Shown: piece by piece, positions 53,845 through 53,846 of the stretch
Position numbering within the stretch: position 1 is the first letter of the stretch
Layout of the letters: the number at the start of each line of letters is the position of its first letter
Virus record (IMG/VR): IMGVR_UViG_3300025112_000016
Coordinates: 1-53,846 of that record
Length of the DNA: 53,846 bases
Direction: 5' to 3' (one strand)
Source: a virus
Taxonomy: Duplodnaviria > Caudoviricetes
Translations under genes and position numbers: made by a program
Notes under the pieces: model-generated
The model's database searches: none
Told to the model about the DNA's origin: nothing
The model's input: only the letters and a program-made list of their open reading frames with translations

Positions 53845-53846
53845 TA

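Noticed and set aside
47953-53846. Diversity-generating retroelement targeting tail genes
   Set aside because: No reverse transcriptase and no TR/VR pair seen. The duplication at 13638/14258 differs mainly by an indel.
1-53846. Provirus or host chromosomal flank; alternative genetic code
   Set aside because: No integrase or host housekeeping block is present, and both ends lie in virion genes. Long genes read intact with all three stops used.

Overview
Part of the genome of a tailed dsDNA (HK97-type) virus of archaea. Archaeal signals are TATA/BRE promoters with leaderless starts, a GAGGTGA Shine-Dalgarno, aIF-1A, PolB and an AEP primase. The gene content resembles Magrovirus-like viruses of Poseidoniales/Thermoplasmatota, but the host is an inference. 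Layout: 1-8.1 kb, minus-strand head/packaging operon (MCP cut by the window edge, decoration protein, protease/scaffold, portal, TerL, probable TerS, small membrane proteins). 8.3-10.25 kb, Cas4-like nuclease and small genes. 10.4-12.45 kb, a GC-rich transcription unit that is mostly highly base-paired non-coding RNA. 12.45-13.1 kb, two phased repeat arrays and an AT-rich element (origin- or terminus-like). 13.2-23.9 kb, probable early region rich in AGC/GCT, with many Zn-finger microproteins, a multi-Cys protein/M20-M28 peptidase pair, a ~225-nt pseudoknotted RNA and an atypical tRNA(CUU). 23.9-36 kb, DNA MTase and replication genes. 33-45.8 kb, glycosylation cluster with a complete-looking N-formyl-amino-sugar pathway, followed by a class II RNR. 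48-53.8 kb, minus-strand tail genes (last one cut by the edge). All calls come from motif reading and by-eye folding; no database searches were run. The strongest candidates for an undescribed system are the large structured RNAs (10.4-12.4 kb and 18.6 kb) together with the atypical tRNA and the viral aIF-1A and Sm-like genes.
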